20,000 bases of DNA from Malassezia furfur (Eukaryota): the NCBI GenBank assembly GCA_052055015.1, contig JBQJIT010000020.1. One strand, given 5' to 3'. The number at the start of each line of letters is the position of its first letter. Positions within the stretch are counted from its first letter, which is position 1. Below the pieces are notes generated by a model. That model was not told the origin of the DNA. It was given only the letters and a program-made list of their open reading frames with translations, and made no database searches. Below, in pieces: positions 1 to 10,259 of the stretch. The position numbers and the translations under genes are program-made.

Positions 1-1065
1 TTCACGGAGTTTATCAGCAGCAACTTTCTTCCTGGCGGCCTCATTTGCGACCTTGTCATGTTCAATAGGGATCTGGGCAGCCATCCCACCAATGGCAGCG
101 ACGCCTCTCTTATGGCAGACTTGTATAAGAAGTTCCACATAGGCCTTCATAAAAGGCACAGTCATGGTGACATCGTCACGATCCGGTAGCACAACACCTT
201 TGTTGTATCGCTGACGCTTGATGAACGAGAAGATGTAGTCCCAGCGACCACAGTTGAGACCAGACGAGTGCTCGCGCAGCTCGTAAATGATCTCCTCCAT
301 TTCAAATGTGGCTGTAATAGTCTCGATCAGCACGGTGCCACGGATTGTTCCGCGTGGCATATCGACGTAGTCCTGCGCGAAGTTGAAAATGTCGTTCCAC
401 AAACGTGCCTCGAGGTGGGATTCAAGTTTGGGGAGGTAGAAATAAGGACCGATACCGTTCTGGACGAGCTGCTTGGCATTGTGGAAAAAGTAGAGACCAA
501 AGTCAAACAGGCCACCAGCAATGGGCTTTGCATCCACTAGGAAAAACTCCTCATTCAGGTGCCAGCTGCGTGGTCGGACAATCGGTGTTGCTAGTTCTTC
601 GTTGGGCCTCAGTTTCCAATCCGCTCCGTTCTCATCCTTGTAGTCCAAGGTGCGATGAATTGCTGCCTTCATATTCACCTGTCCATCTAGGCTGTTTGCC
701 CACGTAGGTGTAGTTTGGTCTTCAAAATCGGCCATGTACGCGTACGCGCCAGAGTTCAACAACTTCATGACTGTGTGTCGGTCCACAGGGCCGGAGGTCT
801 CGACGCGCCGGTTACAGAGTCCTGGAGCTGGTGGTGCGCCCATCCACGTTGGATCTTCACGGATATGAGCGGTTTGAGGCAAGAAGTCGAGCCGACAACC
901 AGCGTCCAACTCAACCTGACGCGCTGCACGGGCTTGAAGACGCTCCTGGCGTTTTTCTTCAAAGACGCGGTGCAAGGCTGCTAAAAATGCAATGGCCTCT
1001 GGAGACAAGATGTTCACATGTTCCCCAACAATAGGGGCAAGAATGCGAACTCCCTCGACGGACAT
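1..1065 (-). CDS. Malate synthase A paralog (copy 2), 3'-truncated by the window edge; 355 codons visible
   Basis: ATG at 1065. My translation [95 protein letters not shown]...ADFEDQ...IVRPRSWHL...[15 protein letters not shown]...VLIET...[15 protein letters not shown]...GGMAAQIPI...ADKLRE has no stop down to base 1. It is colinear without indels with the first 355 aa of 1298..2899 (constant offset 1834 bp). It is absent from the ORF track because its stop lies outside the window. Confidence 0.93.
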   Translation of the reverse strand, partial: MSVEGVRILAPIVGEHVNILSPEAIAFLAALHRVFEEKRQERLQARAARQVELDAGCRLDFLPQTAHIREDPTWMGAPPAPGLCNRRVETSGPVDRHTVMKLLNSGAYAYMADFEDQTTPTWANSLDGQVNMKAAIHRTLDYKDENGADWKLRPNEELATPIVRPRSWHLNEEFFLVDAKPIAGGLFDFGLYFFHNAKQLVQNGIGPYFYLPKLESHLEARLWNDIFNFAQDYVDMPRGTIRGTVLIETITATFEMEEIIYELREHSSGLNCGRWDYIFSFIKRQRYNKGVVLPDRDDVTMTVPFMKAYVELLIQVCHKRGVAAIGGMAAQIPIEHDKVANEAARKKVAADKLRE

Positions 1066-1297
1066 TCTGTCGAATTTCGTGAATGAAAGTGACTAGGATG
1101 ACGGGCTAGCCTAATTCAGATAAGATTCGCGAGGGTCCGATAAACTCCACAAAAGCGACGCCCTTGATAAGATTAAATGCTGACAGGAACTGCACGCAGA
1201 GAGTGCCAGGCGCGGAGGCGACGAATATGTGATGACGTACACACCGAGATAGGATGACGCCGTGTGCTTTCGCTAAGCATATCTACCATATGTTTTA

Positions 1298-2582
1298 TTA
1301 GATCTTCGAAAGGCTGGCACTGTTGTCGAGGTGCGCCGTCAGATCCGTGGTCAAGAACTCGCTCGGCTTCTTCGCGCGCACCTGCTGCGAGAGGTAGCGA
1401 CGCGACAGGTCCACCGCCTTGGGGTCGAGCTTCGTGAGCTTCTTTGCCTCGTCGGCCAGGAGCTCGTCAATGTACTGCGGCGTAATCTTCTTGCCGTCGA
1501 CGGTGCTCGCGCCGTGGAAGACCCACTGCCAGAGCGAAATACGCGAAATCTCGGCCGTCGCAGCGTCCTCCATCAGGAAGTTGATCGGCACACAGCCGAG
1601 ACCGTGCACCCAGTTGGCGCAGTAGGCAAGCAACGCCGAGACGTTGGCGCGCGCGCCCTTCTCGGTAATCTTACCGGTGACGTTGGGGTTGAGCAGGTCG
1701 AGCGCGGTGACGTTGACCTCCTCGCGGCGCACGTAGTACTGGTTGGGACCAATCATGTACTTGTCAAAGATTTCCAGGGCAATCTTGACCAGCGCGGGGT
1801 GCGCCACCCAGGTGCCGTCGTGGCCGGCCTTAACCTCGCGCAGCTTGTCGGCGCGCACCTTCTCCATGGCGGCGTCGTTGGCCTTGGGGTCGTCCTTGAT
1901 CGGGATCTGCGCGGCCATACCACCAATCGCAGCGACACCACGCTTGTGGCAGGTCTGGATCAGCAGGTTCACGTAGGCCTGCATGAAGGGTGCCGTCATG
2001 GTGACGTCACCACGGTCCGGCAGCACGGCGCTCTGGTTGTAGCGCTGGCGCTTGATGAACGAGAAGATGTAGTCCCAGCGACCACAGTTGAGACCAGACG
2101 AGTGCTCGCGCAGCTCGTAAATGATCTCCTCCATTTCAAAGGCGGCCGTGATGGTCTCAATCAGCACGGTGCCACGGATCGTGCCGCGGGGCATGCCGAT
2201 GTAGTCCTGCGCAAAGTTGAACACGTCGTTCCACAGGCGCGCCTCGAGGTGCGACTCCATCTTGGGAAGGTAGAAGTAGGGGCCGTAGCCGTTCTTGACG
2301 AGCTGCTCGGCGTTGTGGAAGAAGTACAGACCAAAGTCAAACAGACCACCCGAGATCGGCTTGCCGTCCACGAGGAAGAACTCCTCGTTGAGGTGCCACC
2401 CACGGGGACGCACAATCAGGGTGGCAAGCTGGTCCGCGGGCTTCAGCTTGTACTCCTTGCCGTTCGACTGCTTAAAGTCAACGCGGCGGTTGATGGCGGC
2501 GTTCAGGTTAACCTGGCCGTCGAGGTTGTTCGCCCAGGTCGGGGAGTTCGAATCCTCAAAGTCAGCCATGTACGTGTAGGCA

Positions 2583-2614
<32 letters not shown>

Positions 2615-2899
2615 GTCGACCGGGCCGGTGATCTCGACACGGCGGTCGCGCAGACCCGGCGCAGGCTTAGCACCCATCCAGGTGGGGTCCTCACGGATGT
2701 GGGCCGTCTGCGGCAGGAAGTCGAGCTGCTTGCCAGCGTCCAGCTCAACCTGGCGCGCCTCACGGGCACGCAGTCGCTCCTGGCGCGTGCTCTCGAAGAT
2801 ACGGTGCAGCGTCGCCACGAACTTGATCGCCTCGGGGGTGAGGATCTTGGCGTGCTCGCCGAGCACAGGGGCAAGGATACGAACACCTTCAACCGACAT
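1298..2899 (-). CDS. MLS1: Malate synthase A (glyoxylate cycle), 533 aa, probably peroxisomal
   Basis: Hallmark motifs [75 protein letters not shown] and [12 protein letters not shown]. The C-terminal SKI is a PTS1-like tripeptide. No intron is needed. Confidence 0.98.
2049..2140. repeat. 92-bp perfect direct repeat shared with 215..306 (inside the two malate synthase genes)
   Basis: cgcttgatgaacgagaagatgtagtcccagcgaccacagttgagaccagacgagtgctcgcgcagctcgtaaatgatctcctccatttcaaa occurs identically at 215-306 and 2049-2140. Confidence 0.95.
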
Positions 2900-3526
2900 G
2901 ATGTGTAGAGGTAGACGTTAAACCGCTCACACCGCTCTATTTCCTTATATTGCCCCGGCGTTCCGAACCTCACCCCGGCTCGGCGAGCCCCGCGCACCCC
3001 GCAGTCTGTGCGCCTCCCACCGAGAGGTTCTCTCGGGTGCTTGCACCAATCACAATAAGGGCACGGTGCAGATGTCCGGTTAGTTCCTCGCCAAGGCTGT
3101 GCCGGTCTTCCGGTTATGTCATGCTGAGCAAGTGATCAGGACTCGTTACTCAGCGCATGGTAAGCTGCGATAGCCACGCACGTTGCGCAATCAGCCGCCC
3201 CCAACTGCAGGACCAGGGGCTTATCTGCAGCTCAGGTATCACGAGAGCAGGCACGTTTTTTTGCGCAGACGCGTCAGCGCGGCCAAGCCCGGCTGTGATT
3301 GTAGGGAAATCGCGTGCAGTTATGCAGCTTCTAATTTCGAACGAAGTGTCCGCCTTTATCGCGATCTTGCTAGTCTTATTGGGATATGTGCCGCGCGATT
3401 AATTAGGCGTGCAATCTAGCAGGGGTAGGTGGCCTGTTTCAGTACCCCAGGGGAGATTGCGTGTCACTCTCTTCCTCGCACACGTCGCATTCGCGCGCTC
3501 GTACCTAGGGTACAGAGTACGCTGCG

Positions 3527-4510
3527 ATGGCACCAAAATCGTCGGGCTCCCCCGCGCGACCACCGTCCAAGAGGTGGTCGTCCATTATCAGCCAACCTTC
3601 CATCTTCCGCAAATCCTCGGCAGACAATACCCACCGCTTTTCCACGGTCGACCCGGCTGGTCCAGGTTCCGACGTGATGCGCATGTTTCGTCCAAAACGC
3701 TTCTTGTCGTCTGATCATACGCCTTGCGAGGATGTATGGGAGATCCGCTCTTCCTCGTGTTGTGAATTTGACCGTCTTCGAAAGAACCTGGCGCTGGACG
3801 ACGACCCGACCTGCCTCGAGTCGCTCTTTTGCCGTTTGATTGATTTCAGTTTGACCCCAGACCCACAAGAGAAGCCGGAGATCCACTCCGATGCAGAAAC
3901 GCTCTCTTTGAACGACGACGACCAGAGCATGGGCGACATGAGTCTGCCTTCGCCGTCGCTGGACGGTCCAAAACTGGGCACATATGTCCCGACAAGCACA
4001 AACACACCCATCATTATTGCACCCGAAGCGCCGCCCAAACCCCCGCGATCCAGCCTTCGACCTGTATACACCAAAACGCCGGCGATGCGCCCCATACTGA
4101 GCAAAATTCCTGCAATGGAGCTATCGCTTTCTCAGAGCAGCTCGCAGCGTGCTTCGCCAGCGCTTTCGGGACTTGAAACACCACCGTTGGAGCCCAGCCG
4201 GAGCGGTCCCTACCTCGGTGACTCGGGGCATTCGAGCCGTGGCACACTGCCAGGGCTTGACTCCATGCCCGAATCGGACTGGTATTCTGGGTTCATCCGT
4301 TCGTCGTCGTATGCGACACTTAGTGTGAGCCCAAGTGCAGACTGGTCGGCTGTGCGGCGACCTGAGCTGACTAGTCCGCTGCGCGAAAAAAGCGCTGCGC
4401 ATTATGCGCATGCATCCATGTCGATACCAGTCTCGGACGACTATCTACACGAAATTGCCCGGCTCGACACGCATCTCCTGGTGAAGCCGCCTCCTTTCGC
4501 TCGTGGATGA
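3527..4510 (+). CDS. Hypothetical Ser/Pro-rich, probably disordered protein, 327 aa
   Basis: Longest ATG-initiated ORF in the gap between MLS1 and the SAPS gene. It has low complexity and PxxP stretches (APEAPPKPPRS). I recognise no family. Confidence 0.6.
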   Translation: MAPKSSGSPARPPSKRWSSIISQPSIFRKSSADNTHRFSTVDPAGPGSDVMRMFRPKRFLSSDHTPCEDVWEIRSSSCCEFDRLRKNLALDDDPTCLESLFCRLIDFSLTPDPQEKPEIHSDAETLSLNDDDQSMGDMSLPSPSLDGPKLGTYVPTSTNTPIIIAPEAPPKPPRSSLRPVYTKTPAMRPILSKIPAMELSLSQSSSQRASPALSGLETPPLEPSRSGPYLGDSGHSSRGTLPGLDSMPESDWYSGFIRSSSYATLSVSPSADWSAVRRPELTSPLREKSAAHYAHASMSIPVSDDYLHEIARLDTHLLVKPPPFARG

Positions 4511-5072
4511 TACCGCTCTGTTTTTTTACCTACCCTGTATGGTCTTCGTCATCTTGCCATACACTCTACGCCGACATGGAGTGTCGGGCATCGTTCGATG
4601 ATAAGGCCCCTGTTACATTCTGCCGGATTGGGTTGAACCTGCCTTGTCTGACGACAGGCTTTCGTTTTCTCCTACCATCGCATCTCACTACTTGCATGTG
4701 GCCTAGATAAAGACACTCGTTCGATTTTGTAATATACCTCTTTCCATCCCCCCGCGCGTACAGTAACAAAAGCACCGGACCTAGGGCGCTCATCTGACGT
4801 CGGATTAGTAAGCTATAGCTGCAACGCGCCATCGCCTCCAAAAACGGTCTCATCTGATCGCGGCTCGTGTGCGATTTGGAAGGAGAGGCGCAGAACCTGT
4901 CTTTTCCGAAGAAGAGCCGAGGTGTGACTCTTGACCTTTTTGTGTACCCCTATACGGATCTATACTCGCGTTGGTTTTCCGAACAGACCAGCCGTATCTG
5001 GACCAACGTCCGTGTAAGGAAAAAAAAAATTGCAATCGCTTGACGTTCGCCGGAACGAACTAGTTCGGCAAT

Positions 5073-8000
5073 ATGTTTGTGCGTACCGACTGCGATAACA
5101 TGTTATGATGCTAACACGCCTACAGTGGCGTTTTGGCGTGGCTCCGGTGTCGACGCTGACCACGTTGCTGGAAAAACCTGATATTACTGTCGAGGATGTG
5201 TTGAACGAGCCCGACCTCTTGCAGGAATGCAAGTCGAATAACCACAAACTCGTTGCATATCTGCAACAGCCCGAGGTCCTCCAGAGGCTGCTTGACTACG
5301 TTATTGGCGCTGTGGAAGTGGAAGATGTCTCAGACAGTGCCAACCAGGAGAAGATTGCCTTCAAGTATGTCGCGGGTTATCGTCGCTTATACTAACCACA
5401 GATATCCCTACTTTGCTTCCGAGGTGCTTAGCAGCGAGATACCCGAGATTTCCCTGGTTCTGTTCCAAAACGCACAGGCGCTGCTTGCGCCCTTCTGGGA
5501 CAACTTCCTGTCCACGCCGTCGGACGCCTTTGAGCGGCCCATACCGCTGCACGCTCATCCTCTCACCTCGGCGACCTACGTTAAGTCAGAGGCAGGAAAT
5601 GCGGGCGACGAGAACGAGGAAAAGAAGCCGGAGGAGAAATCGACCGGCGAAACTGTCAAGTACTCGGGCCGTTCGCACGGTCCTGGGCATACGGTGCTGG
5701 CGGGCTACTGGTCCAAGGTGAACATGGCGCTGCTCGAAAAACACCCGCAGGAGATGCTGGCATTTGTACAGACGCTGCCGACCGCGGTCGAGGGACTCGT
5801 GTCCCACTTTGAGACGTCGTCGGTGGTCGACCTGCTGTTCCGCCTGATCCAGACGGAGGATTCCGTGCCGGATGCGGGCATCATCCAGTGGTTTGCTGAC
5901 AACGACCTGATTACGCGTATCGTGTCGCTCCTGTCGCCGCATGTCTCGACCGAGCAGCACAAGGCGGCGGCTGAGTTCCTCAAGGCGATCATCTCGCTGT
6001 CGGCACCCTCGCCATCGGCGCTTAACCAAATCACCATGCAGGAGACGTTTGGCGGCCCCGGTGAGATGCTCATGGGTGCCGGCGGTGTCAACAACCTGCT
6101 GGTGCGCGAGCTCGCGAGCGAGGAAACGGTGAACAAGATGACCTACTTTATGTTCGACTTTAAGCCAACATTTAAACCGTTTGCGAGCGGCAGCGGCTCC
6201 GAGGGTGCAGCGTCGCGCAAGGCATCGATGCGCGGCGCCTTGGACTCGTCGCTGCCCGCGCTGCGCGAGTCGCTCTCTTCCGACGAATCGGCTGTTGAGG
6301 AAGAGGACGATGACGACGACGAAGAGTGGCAGGTACGGCTCAGTTTCAAGAACCGCCGCATGTCGCTTGCGCAAGGGATCAACGGTGGCCGGAGCCCCGC
6401 GCACCGCGACTCGACAGCCACTGTGCGCCCGTCGGATTTGCGGCGCGACAGCATTGTGCGGCAGGGCCCGTCACAGGCGGCCATCACCTCGTCCTTCACC
6501 AACTGTGCCGGGGTGTTTATCGAGCTGATCCGCAAGAACAACAGCGACTACTTTGAACAGCATCTGTTTCACACGCTGCGCAACTATCTGCTCCTCCGAC
6601 AGCAGGAGGTTTCTGGGAAGCGCCAGCAAGAGCGCCTCGCGCAAAAGAAGGCCGAGGGAGAGTCGGACAAGCCGGACCTGACGCTGGAAGATCTTCCATT
6701 TGAGGACGACGACGACGTCGAGGGCATGGAAGAAGCCATGGCCGAGGTCGCCGAAAAGATGGGCATCGTCCACCTGGGCCCACTGCTCCACATTCTCTCC
6801 AGCAGGATACCCGATTTGCAAGAGATGATGAAAAGCCCCAAGCTGGCAGTGCCGTTTGTCTCCACGACGCTGGGCCAGATTGAGCCGCTGACGCAAACGC
6901 GCTGCTGCATCGCGGAGCTGTATGCCGAGATGCTTCACTGTTCCAACATGGTCCTGCTTAATCGCGAACCCAATGTCGGGCCGCAGTACTCGCCTACCGG
7001 CACGCTGCTCGGCGGCATCGAGGGCCTCCAGCGGCTTGCACGTGCGCTCCAGGGCGACGACGGCGGACCGCTGTTCGACTCGAACGAGTCGAATAGCAAC
7101 GCGGCGCAGCCCAGCATGTCCCAGCCCGAGCTGCATGTTGAGTGCGAGGATGACGATGCGCCGCCGCCCACGGCACCAACGACTTCCGTATCCAGCGACC
7201 GGCTGGCTGCGCCACAGCCAGGAAGCACGAGCGGGCACAGCAGCGAGACCGGGTCGTCCGACTCGGAGGCCGACCAGGCCACGGATGACGAGGACGCCAA
7301 GAGCATTGCGTCGGCGCTCTCAAGCATGTCGCTGGCCGACCTGACGGCGCAGTTTGCGAGTCGGCCACCGAGCGTCGACGACGATCATCTATATGCAACG
7401 GCTGGCGACTACCTGAAAAAGCAGTTTTACGACTTCCAGGTGGTGCCGACGCTCATTGAGCTCTTCCTGAACCACCCGTGGAACAACTTCCTGCACAACG
7501 TCGTTTACGATATCGTCCAGCAACTCTTCAACGGCGATATGGACGCCGGCATCAACAAGAAGCTCACCATTGCCACGTTCGAGCAGGCCGGGCTCATCGA
7601 CGCCATTCTCGAGGGCTCGCGGCGCAACCAGGAGTCAAGCAGCCAGCTGCGCCACATCCGTCTCGCGTTCATGGGCCATCTCAACCTGATCGCCGAAGAG
7701 GTCATCAAGCTCCTCGAAAAGTACCCCGCAGCCGTGGGCGAAAAGGTGAAGAACTGCTTCCCCCAACCCGACTGGGACACATTTGTGAACGACGAGCTGC
7801 GTGTGTCGCGTGTCAAGGAGGCCATGCCGCTCGCCGGTGGCCGACCCAACGCCCACACCAGCAACGAGCAGAGCTGGGGCAAGGACTCAGACAACTGGTA
7901 CGCGGACTCCGAAGGGAACAACACCTTTGCACGCTACCTCTCGTCACAGATGCGCAACGAGTCCACTGAAGACGAGGCCCAGGAGAACGACATCCTCGCC

Positions 8001-8687
8001 CAGCTCGAAGAGCGCACCATCGGTTCGTTCCCGGGCGACGATCCGAACGCCGAAGAGGACGAATGGGGACCGTTCTCCGACTCGAACCAGCCTTCCGACT
8101 TCAACTTTATCTCGACGGGCGCCATTGCACGCGCGCAGACCAACGCCTCGAGCTCCGTGCAAGAAAACCTCACGCCCGCCGACTGGGCTGCCGAGTTCCG
8201 GCGTGGAGGGATGGGCGCCATTCCAGCCGACGACGCGGTCGACAACGACTCTGACTCTGACTCGGCGGGCAGCGGCCGCAACCGCGATGACAAGGACGGC
8301 ACCGACTCGGACGACAACGGCGCCGACGACTCGCCGTTCGTCGACCTGCACAAGCCAGCGACACTGCGTCAGCGTGCGCAGACCAGCGAGTCGCTGCCAA
8401 CGGCACGCAGTCCTGAGGCCATGGAAGAAGTCATCAAAAACCAAAGCGAGCGCTGGCCGGCCGCCGAAGCCGGCAAGCACGTGCGGTCGCTCAGCGGCGG
8501 CAGCCAAGACCGGGCACAGGACTGGGCGCTGGCTCAGCTGCCCCCAGACGTGGAGCCCACCAAGGACGGCCTGCTGCGCCGCAAGCTCTCGGACGGCACG
8601 AGCGTGACCGCCCCGCTAGACGACGCCGAGCTCATGGCGACCGAATCCGCGCTGGATATCTCGGACGACGAGCAGAGCAACTCATAG
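5073..8687 (+). CDS. SAP190: SIT4 (PP6) phosphatase-associated protein, SAPS family; 3 exons, about 1176 aa
   Basis: Exons 5073-5078 (ATG TTT), 5126-5364 and 5402-8687. Introns are 5079-5125 (47 nt, GTGCGT..GCTAAC..CAG) and 5365-5401 (37 nt, GTATGT..ACTAAC..CAG). Splicing gives the family-typical MFWRFG...LLEKPDITVEDVLNEPDLLQECK and FKYPYFASEVLS. Later motifs are IELIRKNNSDY, AELYAEMLHCSNM, FLNHPWNNFLHNVVYDIVQQ and RLAFMGHLNLIAEEV. The exact orthologue (SAP155/185/190) cannot be resolved. Confidence 0.93.
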
Positions 8688-8934
8688 GACACGCGTTCCC
8701 TCCGCAGGCGAAACGACGTAACGGCCGACTGCCCTCCACCTGCCGCGGTGCGCGCGCGCGACGTGTGATGCAATCCGGCCGGTCGCAGCGAATGACTGCA
8801 CGCCCAATACTCGGCCGAACCGGAGATTACCGGGCACAGGTCAGATCGGGCTGTCTGCTCGCAGTTACCCCGCATAAGCCGCTCGGTAACTGCGTACTGG
8901 AATAACCGGGGGTTCCTCGTTTCCCTGCATCACC

Positions 8935-10119
8935 ATGACGAACGCATTCATCGTTGGCTCGAAGCGCACGGCATTTGGCTCTTTCGGTGGCAAGCTGAGC
9001 CAACTCAATGCTGCTCAGCTTGGTGGCCACGCCGCCAAGGCTGCGCTGGCTCAAGTGAACGCTGATACCCCCATTTCGTCGACCATCTTTGGTGTGGTGA
9101 CTCAGTCGGACTCCACGACGCCTTACCTGTCCCGCCATGTCGGCCACCACGCCGGCCTGCCCATCACGGTGCCGGCACTCACTGTCAACCGCCTGTGTGG
9201 CAGTGGGTTCCAGGCGGCGATCAACGCCTTCCAAGAGATCAAGAGTGGCGACGCCGAGGTGGTGCTCACCGGTGGCACGGAAAACATGAGCATGTCGCCC
9301 TACACGCTCCATGGTGTCCGCTTCGGCAACACCCGCTATGGTATGGACCTTAAGCTGGTGGATAGCCTCGCGAGCGCCCTGGTTGACCAGGTGCCCGTTC
9401 CCACTCCCATGGGCGTCACCGCCGAGAACCTCGCGGTGAAGTACGGCATTACGCGCGAGCAGTGCGACCAGTTCGCGCTCCAGTCGCAGCAGCGCTGGGC
9501 CGAGGCGCAAAAGAACGGTGCCTTCAAGGACGAGATCGAGCCTATTGAGGTTAAGGTGAAGAAGGCCACCGAGACCTTTGAAGTGGACGAGCACCCGCGC
9601 GCGAACGCTTCGCTCGAGTCGCTTGCGAAGCTGCCCCCGGTATTCAAGAAAGATGGTGTCGTGACTGCCGGTAACGCGTCGGGTATCTCGGACGGTGCGG
9701 CAGCCAACGTGGTCGCCAGCGAGGAGGCGCTCACGAAGTACAACCTTAAGCCGCTTGCACGCATTGTCAGCTACGGCGTGACGGGCTGCGAGCCGTCGCT
9801 CATGGGTATTGGCCCAGTTGAGGCTTCGCGTGTGGCGCTCAAGCGTGCGGGTCTGAGCATCGCTGATATGGACCTTATCGAGGTGAACGAGGCCTTTGCT
9901 GCCCAGTTCCTCGCGGTTCAGAAGGAGCTCGAGCTTCCGAACGACAAGACGAACATCAACGGCGGTGCCATCGCGCTTGGTCACCCGCTCGGTGCCAGCG
10001 GCGCCCGCATTATGTCGAACCTGACCTACAACCTGCATCGCCTCAACAAGAAATATGCTCTCGGCGCGGCCTGCATTGGTGGCGGTCAGGGTATTGCCGT
10101 TGTCCTTGAGCGTGTTTAA
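8935..10119 (+). CDS. 3-ketoacyl-CoA thiolase (acetyl-CoA acyltransferase), ACAA2-like, 394 aa
   Basis: Thiolase motifs KRTAFGSFGG, VNRLCGSGFQA (catalytic Cys), TAGNASGISDGAAA, EVNEAFAAQ, NGGAIALGHPLGASGARI and ACIGGGQGIA. The LCGSGFQ and GGTENMS signature resembles the mitochondrial ACAA2 type. Confidence 0.95.
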   Translation: MTNAFIVGSKRTAFGSFGGKLSQLNAAQLGGHAAKAALAQVNADTPISSTIFGVVTQSDSTTPYLSRHVGHHAGLPITVPALTVNRLCGSGFQAAINAFQEIKSGDAEVVLTGGTENMSMSPYTLHGVRFGNTRYGMDLKLVDSLASALVDQVPVPTPMGVTAENLAVKYGITREQCDQFALQSQQRWAEAQKNGAFKDEIEPIEVKVKKATETFEVDEHPRANASLESLAKLPPVFKKDGVVTAGNASGISDGAAANVVASEEALTKYNLKPLARIVSYGVTGCEPSLMGIGPVEASRVALKRAGLSIADMDLIEVNEAFAAQFLAVQKELELPNDKTNINGGAIALGHPLGASGARIMSNLTYNLHRLNKKYALGAACIGGGQGIAVVLERV

Positions 10120-10259
10120 ATAGCACATGGGAATGTATGGACTTGACAATAATGGCGACTAACTGAGACAACAATGCGAGACGAGAAAGATGCCTGGCTC
10201 TGCCGTGCGGGGTACAACACATTCTTAAAACACTTGACCAAGAGTTTTTTCTTGAGATT

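Noticed and set aside
1..1065. Second malate synthase as a pseudogene
   Set aside because: The ORF track shows only fragments, but manual translation gives an uninterrupted, indel-free frame to the window edge.
1331..2908. 525-aa + strand ORF antisense to malate synthase
   Set aside because: Shadow ORF in codon register with a strongly GC3-biased gene, which rarely produces antisense stops. It has no recognisable motifs.
5253..5401. ORF-track N-terminus of the 1144-aa SAPS ORF
   Set aside because: It uses a non-ATG start and reads exon 2 out of frame and through an intron. The spliced model restores the conserved N-terminus.
1..10119. Malate synthases plus thiolase as a metabolic gene cluster
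   Set aside because: They are separated by unrelated genes, and no shared motif is evident. The proximity is explainable by chance in a compact genome.
8827..10149. 440-aa - strand ORF antisense to the thiolase
   Set aside because: Same antisense-shadow artefact. The + strand carries all the thiolase motifs.
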